Positions 15,512 to 24,024 of a stretch of 24,785 nucleotides of DNA are shown here, piece by piece. The stretch spans positions 1 through 24,785 of the forward strand of contig JBFWVI010000043.1 of the NCBI GenBank assembly GCA_050246815.1, written 5' to 3'. Below the pieces are notes generated by a model. It saw nothing but the letters and a program-made list of their open reading frames with translations. It was not told where the DNA came from and made no database searches. The stretch's first letter is position 1, and each line of letters starts with the position of its first letter. The translations under genes and the position numbers were made by a program. Source of the stretch: Bdellovibrionales bacterium. GTDB taxonomy: Bacteria; Bdellovibrionota; Bdellovibrionia; Bdellovibrionales; UBA1609.

Positions 15512-16144
15512 ATGATGTTACGATCTAAGCGAGGTTTCTCGCTGGTAGAATTAATGATCGTGGTCGCCATTATTGGCATCTTGGCCGCGATTGCAATTCC
15601 AAACTTTGTGCGATTTCAATCTAAAGCTCGCCAGGCTGAAGCCCGTGCGGACTTAAGTGCGATCTATGCCGCACAAAAAGCTTTCAATGCCGAGTGGCAA
15701 CAGTTCTTCGGCGATTTCAACGAAATCGGCTATCGCCCAGAAGGTGCGTTTCGTTATGAACACGGCTTTGGCGCAGCTGGTATCGTCAGCCCAGCCAGCT
15801 ACACGGGCGCAATCGGTGCCGCAGCAGCGGCCATGGCTTTCAACACCCTGGGCAACTTAGGCCCTGTTGGTATGCAGCAGCCTTGCGGAGCGAACATTTT
15901 GCCGGCCACCATTACCGCCAACGTCTGCGGTGTGGAACGCACTTACGCGGGAGCTTCGATGTTGCCAGCTTTGGCAGGCAGCGTGACCGCGGCCAACGCA
16001 TTCATCGCCACAGCGGCGGGCAACATCGACAACGATGCCGCCTTTGATGCCTGGTCGATCGATCAAAACAAAGCGATCTCAGGCCCAAGCAACGTCATGG
16101 CTGCTCCGGTGGCCATCGGTAACGGCGGCGACTTAGATAACTAA
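15512..16144 (+). CDS. pilA: Type IVa major pilin
   Basis: Class III signal KRG/FSLVELMIVVAIIGILAAIAIPNF with E5. KARQAEA...L.AIY.AQKAF is typical of deltaproteobacterial PilA. C-terminal AxGNIDND...DxW. Strong GAGGGG RBS. Confidence 0.9.
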   Translation: MMLRSKRGFSLVELMIVVAIIGILAAIAIPNFVRFQSKARQAEARADLSAIYAAQKAFNAEWQQFFGDFNEIGYRPEGAFRYEHGFGAAGIVSPASYTGAIGAAAAAMAFNTLGNLGPVGMQQPCGANILPATITANVCGVERTYAGASMLPALAGSVTAANAFIATAAGNIDNDAAFDAWSIDQNKAISGPSNVMAAPVAIGNGGDLDN

Positions 16145-16184
16145 GTCTTTAGGCGTCGTTTAAATATTCAAATGGTTTTTTTTA

Positions 16185-16213
16185 AAGAGTCTTCCCCATG
16201 TGGGAGGACTCTT
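16185..16213 (+). terminator. Stem-loop after pilA (partial terminator or mRNA stabiliser)
   Basis: AAGAGTCTTCCC-CATGT-GGGAGGACTCTT, a 12 bp stem with one G:U pair and only a weak downstream U tract. Confidence 0.6.
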
Positions 16214-16227
16214 GTATTCTTGGGGGC

Positions 16228-16935
16228 ATGCTCAACCTGGTTTTTTTCATCTTGTCCATATTGGGTGTCGTCCTGACCTCCATCAGCAAAGAAGTCAAAG
16301 CGCCTAAATTCGATCCCGTGCTTTTACCGCCTCAGCAAATCGAACACTTCACGTTTAGCTATGACGAAATAATGGCCGATCTGCTTTGGCTGAGGGCAAT
16401 TCAATCCCTGGACTATTGCGGGAAAACCTTTATCACCGATGAACAGGTCAAGCTGGGCACAAATGTGTTTCGCATTTGCCAGGAAGGCTGGGTGTACCAG
16501 ATGCTGGACGCCGCCACCCGCATTACGCCTCGTTACCGCATTATTTATTCGCGCGGAGCGGTCGCTTTAAGCGTTTTGGTCAATGATCGTCAGGGTGCTT
16601 TACAGCTGTTTGAACGGGGCTCCAAAGTTTACCCGCAGGATTGGGTGATTCGTTATTATTCCGGCTTTCACCGCCTGATGGAAATGAACGATCCCGCCGG
16701 AGCCGCCGAAGATATGCGTATGGCGGGTCTTAATGGCGCCCCCAATTGGCTGACATTACTTGCAGCTCGTCTTTACAATGAGGCCGGTCAAGCCGAATTT
16801 GGATTGCGGGCTTTGAGTGATTTTTATGGCCAGGAGCCTTTTGGAAAATGGCCTGCCCGTGCGCAGGAGCGTTGGCGCGAACTTGAAACAAAGCTGGGTC
16901 GCAAAGTCACGCCACCCACTCCCACCCATAATTAA
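16228..16935 (+). CDS. Pilin-associated membrane-anchored TPR-like protein (Myxococcus PilG-like)
   Basis: N-terminal TM helix, ADLLWLRAIQ motif and helical repeats. Lies immediately after pilA. ATG 16228 is preferred because ATG 16198 is inside the hairpin loop. Confidence 0.7.
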   Translation: MLNLVFFILSILGVVLTSISKEVKAPKFDPVLLPPQQIEHFTFSYDEIMADLLWLRAIQSLDYCGKTFITDEQVKLGTNVFRICQEGWVYQMLDAATRITPRYRIIYSRGAVALSVLVNDRQGALQLFERGSKVYPQDWVIRYYSGFHRLMEMNDPAGAAEDMRMAGLNGAPNWLTLLAARLYNEAGQAEFGLRALSDFYGQEPFGKWPARAQERWRELETKLGRKVTPPTPTHN

Positions 16936-16946
16936 GGGGAAAACTC

Positions 16947-19829
16947 ATGTCGATTCGCTTGATGCAGATCCTGGTTTTGTTGTCGGGGTTTGCCGGCCTG
17001 CTTTATCAGGTGGTGTGGCAAAAGTACTTGGCGATTTTTTTGGGCAGTGACGCGCCGGCAACGGCTTTGATTTTGGCCGGTTTTTTTCTTTATATGTCTT
17101 TGGGCTACCAATTTTTCGGGCGCTTTATTCAGCGCCTGACCATCTCGCGCATTAAAATATACGCCTATTTAGAACTCGGCATTGGCGTTTGTGGCTTGCT
17201 GTCGCCGGATTTTTTCAGTCTTCTTCGCAATTATTACTGGGCCAGCAGCTGGCTGCAGTACCCCCTGTTGTCGGGCGCGATTCTGACATCGCTGTGTGTG
17301 GGATTGCCGGCTTTTCTAATGGGTGGAACGATTCCGGTTTTAGCCGAAGGATTGTCGCGCAGTTTTGAGCAAAGCCATCAAGTCCACGCCCGTGTGTACA
17401 GCCTCAACACCCTGGGCGCGTTTTTGGGGGCCCTGGTCACGACTTTTTATCTGATCGAGAAATTTGGTTTGCCCATTTGTCTGATGATGGGGGCCGTGAT
17501 CAACATCGCGGTATTTTTATTCTCGTGGCTGGTGGCGCGTTCGCAACCCGAAAAATTCACACCACCACAGCAAGACATGGGGGGGCGGGATTTACTCAAG
17601 CGCGATCAGTGGGTCATCCTGGGATTGTCTTTGCTGAGTGGTTTTTACGTATTTAGTTTTGAAAACCTGATTATTCGTATGGCCGGTGTGGCCTTGGGAA
17701 GTTCGGTTTACACATACGGGTTGGTGGTGGCCGCTTTTATTTTGGCCATCGCGGTGGGCAGCCATTTGAGCGAACGACTGGACAGCAGTCGGCGTCCGGC
17801 TATTTTAGCGCTGGTGCAAGGCGCTTTGTTGGTCACAAGTGTCGCACTTTATTTCTTGATTCCTTATTGGCCCGATTTATTTTTGCGCATCCGCTTTATT
17901 TTCAATCCAGTCACGATTAATTTTGAGCTCTACCAACAAGTGGTTTGGCTGGTCATGAGTCTTTTGCTGCTTGTGCCGGTTGCGTTGATGGGTATGAATT
18001 TACCGCTCTTGTTCGGGTATTTGCGGCGTAGCCAATACAATATTTCAGGAATCGTCGGTCGGCTGTATTCAATTAACTGTTTAGGGGCTGTTCTTGGTGC
18101 AACGATCGGCGGATATTTCGCGTTTCATTATTTGTCGTCGGCCATGATTTTTCGTTTGGATTTATTTTTGGTTTTGACGGGCCTTGTTCTTTTTATCTGG
18201 TTGGCACGCTTGAAACCACAATGGTATGCCTTGCCCGTTTTGGGGCTTTCGGTTTTACTTTTACCCGATTGGCACCTGAGGCAATTTTTGCCCGCACGGG
18301 CGTACATCGCCAAACCCATCGCGGTGGAAGAGACCTCATTCGAAAATTTTCGTAAAGAGATACTGGATTTAAAATTGGATGTGCAATTTCACCGTGAAGA
18401 TCCCAACTTGAATGTTGCCGTGGTGGGCATTGAGTCCATCCCCAATAACGACGGCGTCGTGCAAAAGGACGTTGGTCTTTATTTGAACGGCAAAGCCGAT
18501 GCGATTTACCCGGCCGATGAAACCGTGCGTGCGATGTTGCCGCTATTTGCGGCCAGCCTGGCGCCCAAGGCCGAACGCGCCGCCATCGTCGGGCTGGGGG
18601 CGGGTTTAAGCTTGGGCATCAGTGCCAATCTGCAAACCATGAAGCGCGTGGATGTGGTTGAAATTTCACCGGCCGTGGTCGAGGCCTTGCCCTATTTTGA
18701 AAAGTACATTCCAGGACTTAAGCAGAATCAGGATAAAACACGCTTACTGGTCGGGGACGCCTTTCAGGTGCTCAGGCGACAGGCCGGCCAATACGACTTT
18801 ATTTTGTGCGAACCCACTAACCTTTGGATCATGGGCGTCGACAAGCTTTACACCGCCGATTTTTTTGAGTTGGTGGCGGGGCAACTAGCGCCAGAAGGCC
18901 TTTTTGCGCTTTGGATTCCGATGTCTACGTTAAGCCACGAAAGTTTTTCTTTGATTCTAACCACTTTAAAGACGGTCTTCCCCTATGTGACCATTTGGAA
19001 TTCAGGGTTTGGCACAGTGTCAGCAATTTCTTCGAAAGCTCCGCTGAAAATGCCTGCCTTAGATGTTTTGCGCGCCCGTTTTCAAGACAACAAACCCTTT
19101 TTCGACCGTTTGAAAATCACTCAGCCCGAAACCTTATTGGCGTTGCAAATCGCCACGCCTTGGGTTTTGAACGGTTTGAGTCAGCGTGACCCGCGCGTGC
19201 ATACCGTTGAATATCCGATGCTGACTTATTCTGCGGCGCGCACCTTGTTCACCAAGATCGGAACGAACTTCGACGTATTTTTAAGCGAGCGGGTGCTGCG
19301 CGCAGGTCCCATCCAAGACCCGCTCAATCAATTTGTGGCCGACGGGGTGAAGTTCTCGAAAGAGGTTCTGGCCGACGTGGTTTCAATTTATCAGCGTTAT
19401 GGTCGCATCAGCTCGGGGTTGTTTGAATTAAAATGGCTTTACATGGCCGACGAGGCTGGGGTTTCACAAGCCAAAAATAGTCGATTTCAAGCCGTGACTT
19501 CGCTTCGTTCGGTGATCGAAAACAAACCTTTGCCACCAGTCACACCCGAGCCTTCAAACATGTCCAAGGTCGAAAGACTTTTGCGGGCCTATCAGCGTGC
19601 CCGACTACTGGGTTTTCAGGCCTCACCAGCCATTGTGATGAAAAACTATGATTGGGACTGCCAGAGCTTCTTGTGCGCTCGCTTGGCTCTGGGGCTTCTA
19701 AGTGAATTTTTGCCCCTTTCTGAGGTCAAATCGTTTCGTGAAAAAGATCTCAACAAGCCCTCGGACCGACAAGTTATTTTTCAAGCGCTGAAAGCCTGGG
19801 CCGGCTCTGAGGACGCACAAACAAAATAG
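16947..19829 (+). CDS. Fused multi-pass membrane (MFS-like)/spermidine-synthase-like SAM-binding protein
   Basis: SGFAGLLYQVVW and repeated LMG...P.L and Y..N.LGA..G motifs across about 12-13 TM helices. These are followed by LYLNGKADA, AIVGLGAGLS, VDVVEISPAV, GDA and YDFILCEP. Confidence 0.88.
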   Translation: MSIRLMQILVLLSGFAGLLYQVVWQKYLAIFLGSDAPATALILAGFFLYMSLGYQFFGRFIQRLTISRIKIYAYLELGIGVCGLLSPDFFSLLRNYYWASSWLQYPLLSGAILTSLCVGLPAFLMGGTIPVLAEGLSRSFEQSHQVHARVYSLNTLGAFLGALVTTFYLIEKFGLPICLMMGAVINIAVFLFSWLVARSQPEKFTPPQQDMGGRDLLKRDQWVILGLSLLSGFYVFSFENLIIRMAGVALGSSVYTYGLVVAAFILAIAVGSHLSERLDSSRRPAILALVQGALLVTSVALYFLIPYWPDLFLRIRFIFNPVTINFELYQQVVWLVMSLLLLVPVALMGMNLPLLFGYLRRSQYNISGIVGRLYSINCLGAVLGATIGGYFAFHYLSSAMIFRLDLFLVLTGLVLFIWLARLKPQWYALPVLGLSVLLLPDWHLRQFLPARAYIAKPIAVEETSFENFRKEILDLKLDVQFHREDPNLNVAVVGIESIPNNDGVVQKDVGLYLNGKADAIYPADETVRAMLPLFAASLAPKAERAAIVGLGAGLSLGISANLQTMKRVDVVEISPAVVEALPYFEKYIPGLKQNQDKTRLLVGDAFQVLRRQAGQYDFILCEPTNLWIMGVDKLYTADFFELVAGQLAPEGLFALWIPMSTLSHESFSLILTTLKTVFPYVTIWNSGFGTVSAISSKAPLKMPALDVLRARFQDNKPFFDRLKITQPETLLALQIATPWVLNGLSQRDPRVHTVEYPMLTYSAARTLFTKIGTNFDVFLSERVLRAGPIQDPLNQFVADGVKFSKEVLADVVSIYQRYGRISSGLFELKWLYMADEAGVSQAKNSRFQAVTSLRSVIENKPLPPVTPEPSNMSKVERLLRAYQRARLLGFQASPAIVMKNYDWDCQSFLCARLALGLLSEFLPLSEVKSFREKDLNKPSDRQVIFQALKAWAGSEDAQTK

Positions 19830-19849
19830 CAGACCAGAATCGGCGTGGT

Positions 19850-19880
19850 CAAAAAAATTGACACATCGTCACTTTTTTTG
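19850..19880. terminator. Inverted repeat, either a bidirectional terminator-like hairpin or an operator
   Basis: CAAAAAAATTGAC-ACATC-GTCACTTTTTTTG. It contains TTGACA (19858-19863), 17 nt from a weak -10 (TAGGAC). Confidence 0.45.
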
Positions 19881-19968
19881 TAGGACCTAGCCCAGAGCTT
19901 TTTTTCATCGAGTGACGGCCTCAAAAGCGAAACAGAATCAAATCTTGAAAACTATTTGAGGTGGAGTC

Positions 19969-22698
19969 ATGTCACTCGACTGGAAAATTTTATCTTTTTG
20001 TATCTGCGCAGTCTTGCTGCCCAGTGAAAGTTGGGGGGCAGCCGATGGACCAAAGGTCGCACCTCGCAAACCAAAACCAGTCCTAGCACAGAAGGCTTCT
20101 CGCTCAGCGGCGACGAACAGGGATCAGAGCATTTCGATCGCGCCACCCCTTAAGGGTTGGTTCTCTGATGAGACGTATCAGGGCCGAGATATCGAGCTGA
20201 GGTACAACAGTAAAACCGGTCAATTTTATATAAAAAATCAAAATGATCCGATGTTTGAGATCGTGGGAATGCCCGCCTGGCGGGACTTGACCCGCCAGGA
20301 AATCGTATTCGCGGTGAACATGCTGCCGACAATGGATTTAACGGAGTCTGATAATTCAAGATTTGTTATGGTGAAAATCCATGCGCGAACATTTCTTGTG
20401 GATTTGGCAAATCAAAATGTGCGCGGGGAGATCGAACTGCCGAAAATTCAAAGTATGCAGAATATTGAATTTTTTTATTCGCTCGAACTCGGCGCCACGG
20501 TTATTGGCAGTGATGCCTACACCTATTGGCTGACAGAAGAAGACGCACCAGATCCTGATGTGAAAGAATCCTTCTCTCGCATCTCTTCGCAATCCAACAA
20601 TGTCGCACGAAGAGCCTATGTGGGTTTACGAAAGTACATTGAGAAAAAGTTGCTCGAACGACCACGCGCCAAAGTCGATTTGCCCACGGACTCATCCGTA
20701 AAAATTGCCAGTGGACGTGATGGCAACCCAGCCGAAAATGCAACGCGCCTGCGTGAGACGAAATTAAACTCAGCTGCAGAACGCTTTCCGCCGATACCTA
20801 AAATCATTGTGCCAGATCCGAATGGTAAGGATGTGGAGGCTGTCCAGTTGGTCGCAGGCTTTACCGAGGATGCGATTCAAGAGGCGGTAAACTCAGGTGC
20901 ACATTACACTCAAGACGCGGCGATGCGAGCCCTTGAAGATAAAATTCTGATCAGCTTAATGAAGCCTGAGCAGCCGGGAGTAAAGCTATTGGGCCCTTCT
21001 GGTGCGGGAAAATCCGAACTGATCCGCAGGTTGATGCTCAGATTCGCAAGTGGTGATTTACCAGATGAACTGATGAATTATCGTGTGCGCACTTTTAGCG
21101 GGGCCTCTTTGGATGCAGGAACCAAATATGTGGGGACCGTTGAATCAAAAATAAGGGCGATGATGGCCTTATCGCGCGAAGTGCCGATCCTATGGGTCGT
21201 GGACGAGGCGCAAACCATTGTCAATGCCGGCGTTTCAGAGGGGCGCACTTCAAACGTATTGCAAAACCTAAAGTCGGCTTTGCGCAAAGGGGAAATGCGA
21301 ATGATCCTGAGCACAACCGAACCCGAGTGGCAGGAGTATTTCTCTCATGATACGGCATTTGACGGTCGTTTTGCCCTTGTCCGTTTTGACCCACCTTCTG
21401 ATCAACAAACAAAAGTCGTGGTGCAGGAATGGTTGAAACGATTCAACTACGCAAAGATGAGTGACCAGATTTTGATGAAGATGATTGAACTGTCGAACCG
21501 ATATTCGACCTTGCCGACACAGCCGAATCGCGCGATTCGTTTTGCGGAGCATTTGTTCACCACCCGAAAATTCCACAAGCAGTCTGGACCCTTGTCCACT
21601 TCTGATATCACTTTAACCGCTCAGGATTTTTATCAGGTAGACCCCGCAGAATTTGATGCCGCGGTGTCTGCACAAACCTTGGAGCGGCTTGAGAGAGAAT
21701 TTGCCAATATTGTCGGGCAAGACCAGGCCAAACAAAAGCTTCTCATTGCAACCAAGCAAATTCATGCCGGAGTACAGGACTGGACCAAACCGCGTTACCG
21801 TTACATTTTGGCCGGACCGGTCGGGCAGGCGAAAACCATGATCGCGATGAAATTGGCGAAAGCTTTGAATCGCCCGTTTTGCCGAATACTGATGAGTAAA
21901 TATACATCAATTCATCAGACGGAATTATTGCTGCATGAAATTGGTAAATGTGTCATAGCGAACCAATTTTCATTTCTCTTTCTGGATGAGTACGAAAAAA
22001 CTCCGATTGCCGTGCAAGAGTCGCTTCTTAGCGTCTTCGACTATGGCGAGCTTCGCTATATCAACCACGACAACAATCGCTCGCAAGTGGTATCGCTTCG
22101 TTTGAACAACGCCAGCATTCTGATCGCCACAAACGCCGGCGGTGATTTTATTTCGAAGGCTTCGTCTGGGGTCGTGCGGATGGGTTTTGACCAGAATGTG
22201 CCGGGCGCGAATTTAAAAACCATGGATCATCAAGATCTGCGTCAGGCACTGCAGGATGATGGATTCAGTGAAGCGATTTTGGACCGAATGGCAGGGGTCT
22301 TGGCATTTGGTTATCTGGATGAAAGCTTGATGCGGGAGCTTGTCAGGGGCCGGGCGCAGCAGATTCGAACAGAAATCAGCGAAAAATTGGCGCGTCCGAT
22401 AGACGTCATCAATTGGGACGATTTTATGGACCAAATAACGAAAGAGGTCTTGTTACGGCTGGAATCGACAAATCGATCCAATCGCGAAGTCGATCGAATT
22501 GTTGATCACGCATTACGGGTTGGCCTGCTTCCTTTTATGGTCAGTGGGGGGGATGCAAAACCCCTCAAACTGATCTGGACGGGGGTTGGGTTTGAGGCGG
22601 CTCGAGCAAATCAGGCCTGCGACCAGGCTCTAGGCGCCAAGCGCAGCACCCCTCAACCTTCAAGGCAAAAGGCCAAGGCGACAGCGAAAAAACGCTGA
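19969..22698 (+). CDS. Divergent ClpA/ClpB-family double AAA+ ATPase with an N-terminal signal peptide
   Basis: GAGGTGGAG RBS. Signal-like MSLDWKILSFCICAVLLPSESWGA. D1 GPSGAGKS, GTKYVG, VVDEAQ. D2 IVGQDQA, GPVGQAKT, FLDEYEK, IATNAG, RMGF. Confidence 0.85.
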   Translation: MSLDWKILSFCICAVLLPSESWGAADGPKVAPRKPKPVLAQKASRSAATNRDQSISIAPPLKGWFSDETYQGRDIELRYNSKTGQFYIKNQNDPMFEIVGMPAWRDLTRQEIVFAVNMLPTMDLTESDNSRFVMVKIHARTFLVDLANQNVRGEIELPKIQSMQNIEFFYSLELGATVIGSDAYTYWLTEEDAPDPDVKESFSRISSQSNNVARRAYVGLRKYIEKKLLERPRAKVDLPTDSSVKIASGRDGNPAENATRLRETKLNSAAERFPPIPKIIVPDPNGKDVEAVQLVAGFTEDAIQEAVNSGAHYTQDAAMRALEDKILISLMKPEQPGVKLLGPSGAGKSELIRRLMLRFASGDLPDELMNYRVRTFSGASLDAGTKYVGTVESKIRAMMALSREVPILWVVDEAQTIVNAGVSEGRTSNVLQNLKSALRKGEMRMILSTTEPEWQEYFSHDTAFDGRFALVRFDPPSDQQTKVVVQEWLKRFNYAKMSDQILMKMIELSNRYSTLPTQPNRAIRFAEHLFTTRKFHKQSGPLSTSDITLTAQDFYQVDPAEFDAAVSAQTLERLEREFANIVGQDQAKQKLLIATKQIHAGVQDWTKPRYRYILAGPVGQAKTMIAMKLAKALNRPFCRILMSKYTSIHQTELLLHEIGKCVIANQFSFLFLDEYEKTPIAVQESLLSVFDYGELRYINHDNNRSQVVSLRLNNASILIATNAGGDFISKASSGVVRMGFDQNVPGANLKTMDHQDLRQALQDDGFSEAILDRMAGVLAFGYLDESLMRELVRGRAQQIRTEISEKLARPIDVINWDDFMDQITKEVLLRLESTNRSNREVDRIVDHALRVGLLPFMVSGGDAKPLKLIWTGVGFEAARANQACDQALGAKRSTPQPSRQKAKATAKKR

Positions 22699-22760
22699 AA
22701 AATTATATATTCAAAGGTGCGCCGGGGCTTGAAGCGTACCTAATTGAAATATTTAAGCCT

Positions 22761-22793
22761 TCAAGTTGACGCCCTAGGTTTAAACCTCATATT
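22761..22793 (+). promoter_or_regulatory. Putative heat-shock (RpoH-like) promoter of dnaJ
   Basis: TCAAGTTGAC-N14-CCTCATATT resembles the sigma32 consensus CTTGAA-N13-17-CCCCATnT and matches the site before dnaK. Confidence 0.65.
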
Positions 22794-22807
22794 CATTCAT
22801 CATACGT

Positions 22808-23917
22808 ATGGATAGAGATTACTACGAAGTGCTCGGGGTGGGCCGAACGGCCGACGCTGACACCATCAAAAAGGCCTATCGCAAGCTCGCTTTGCAATAC
22901 CACCCGGATCGCAATCCCGGTGATAAGGCCGCCGAGGACAAGTTCAAAGAGGCCGCCAAGGCCTATGAAATCCTTTCGGATCAAGACAAACGCATGCGCT
23001 ATGACCAGTTTGGCCACGCCGGGGTCAACGGACCTGGTTTTGGTGGGCCCGGGGCCCAAGGCTTTGGCGATGTCGGGGATATTTTTGAGGCCTTTGGAGA
23101 TATTTTCGGCGACATTTTTGGTGGCCAGGGCCGAGGTCAAGGGCGCACGCGTTCACGCTCGGTCCGAGGTGCGGATCTGCGCTATGTGATGGAAGTGGGT
23201 TTAAAAGAAGTTTTGACCGGCGTGAAGAAGGACATCGAGTTCACTGCCGAAAACGAGTGCAAAACTTGTGATGGCAAAGGAGCCGAGCCCGGAACAAGTG
23301 TCGAGACCTGTGGCACCTGCGGAGGGTCCGGCCAAGTGGTTCGCCAGCAGGGCTTCTTCTCTATGGCCAGCACTTGTGGCACTTGCCGTGGCCGTGGTGA
23401 AGTGATCAAAAAGCCGTGCAAGGTTTGTCGTGGTAGCGGCCGTGAATCCAGCAAGAGAAAGCTGGTGGTCAATGTTCCGCCCGGTGTGAACAATGGAACC
23501 CAACTGCGTTTGAGCGGTGAGGGCGAAGGTGGAGCCCGAGGGGGACCGCCAGGGGATCTTTATGTTGAAATTCGGGTGCGGGCAGACAAGCGTTTCCAGC
23601 GTCAGGATGATCACTTGGTTGCGGAACTTCAGATTTCGTACTTGCAGGCTCTTTTGGGGGCCGAAATCGAGTTTGAAACTTTGACCGGGCCTGAAAAGGT
23701 GCAAGTTCCCAAAGGCTCGCAACCGGGGGAATTGATCCGCCTTGCGGCTCAGGGGTTGCCCTCGCTGCGTTCCGGGCGTCGAGGGGATTTGGTTTTACAG
23801 TTGACCGTGGAGTTTCCGCACAAGCTTGGCAAAGAGGAAGAGCGGTTATTACGAGAGATTGCCCAGGCCAAGGGCGAAACCGTAGCAGAACCAGGTAAAG
23901 GGTTTTTTAAGCGTTAA
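22808..23917 (+). CDS. dnaJ: Chaperone protein DnaJ
   Basis: J-domain with HPD, G/F-rich linker, four CxxCxGxG repeats and C-terminal substrate-binding domain. Confidence 0.98.
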   Translation: MDRDYYEVLGVGRTADADTIKKAYRKLALQYHPDRNPGDKAAEDKFKEAAKAYEILSDQDKRMRYDQFGHAGVNGPGFGGPGAQGFGDVGDIFEAFGDIFGDIFGGQGRGQGRTRSRSVRGADLRYVMEVGLKEVLTGVKKDIEFTAENECKTCDGKGAEPGTSVETCGTCGGSGQVVRQQGFFSMASTCGTCRGRGEVIKKPCKVCRGSGRESSKRKLVVNVPPGVNNGTQLRLSGEGEGGARGGPPGDLYVEIRVRADKRFQRQDDHLVAELQISYLQALLGAEIEFETLTGPEKVQVPKGSQPGELIRLAAQGLPSLRSGRRGDLVLQLTVEFPHKLGKEEERLLREIAQAKGETVAEPGKGFFKR

Positions 23918-23950
23918 TAACGTATCGCATTAAAACAAAACGGGCAGCGG

Positions 23951-23983
23951 TCAACTTGACGAAATTCAGAGTGACCTCAAATT
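23951..23983 (+). promoter_or_regulatory. Putative heat-shock (RpoH-like) promoter of dnaK
   Basis: TCAACTTGAC-N14-CCTCAAATT, with the same spacing as the dnaJ site. Confidence 0.65.
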
Positions 23984-24024
23984 GAAGTCGTACCCGTTAA
24001 GCAGGGGCGAAGGAGACAGTTTAT

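Noticed and set aside
19850..22720. The AAA+ gene as a mobile insertion or a T6SS ClpV
   Set aside because: No transposase, integrase, terminal repeats or T6SS genes are present, and it has no ClpV-type N-domain.
22699..24024. CIRCE (HrcA) operator near dnaJ/dnaK
   Set aside because: No TTAGCACTC-N9-GAGTGCTAA sequence is present.
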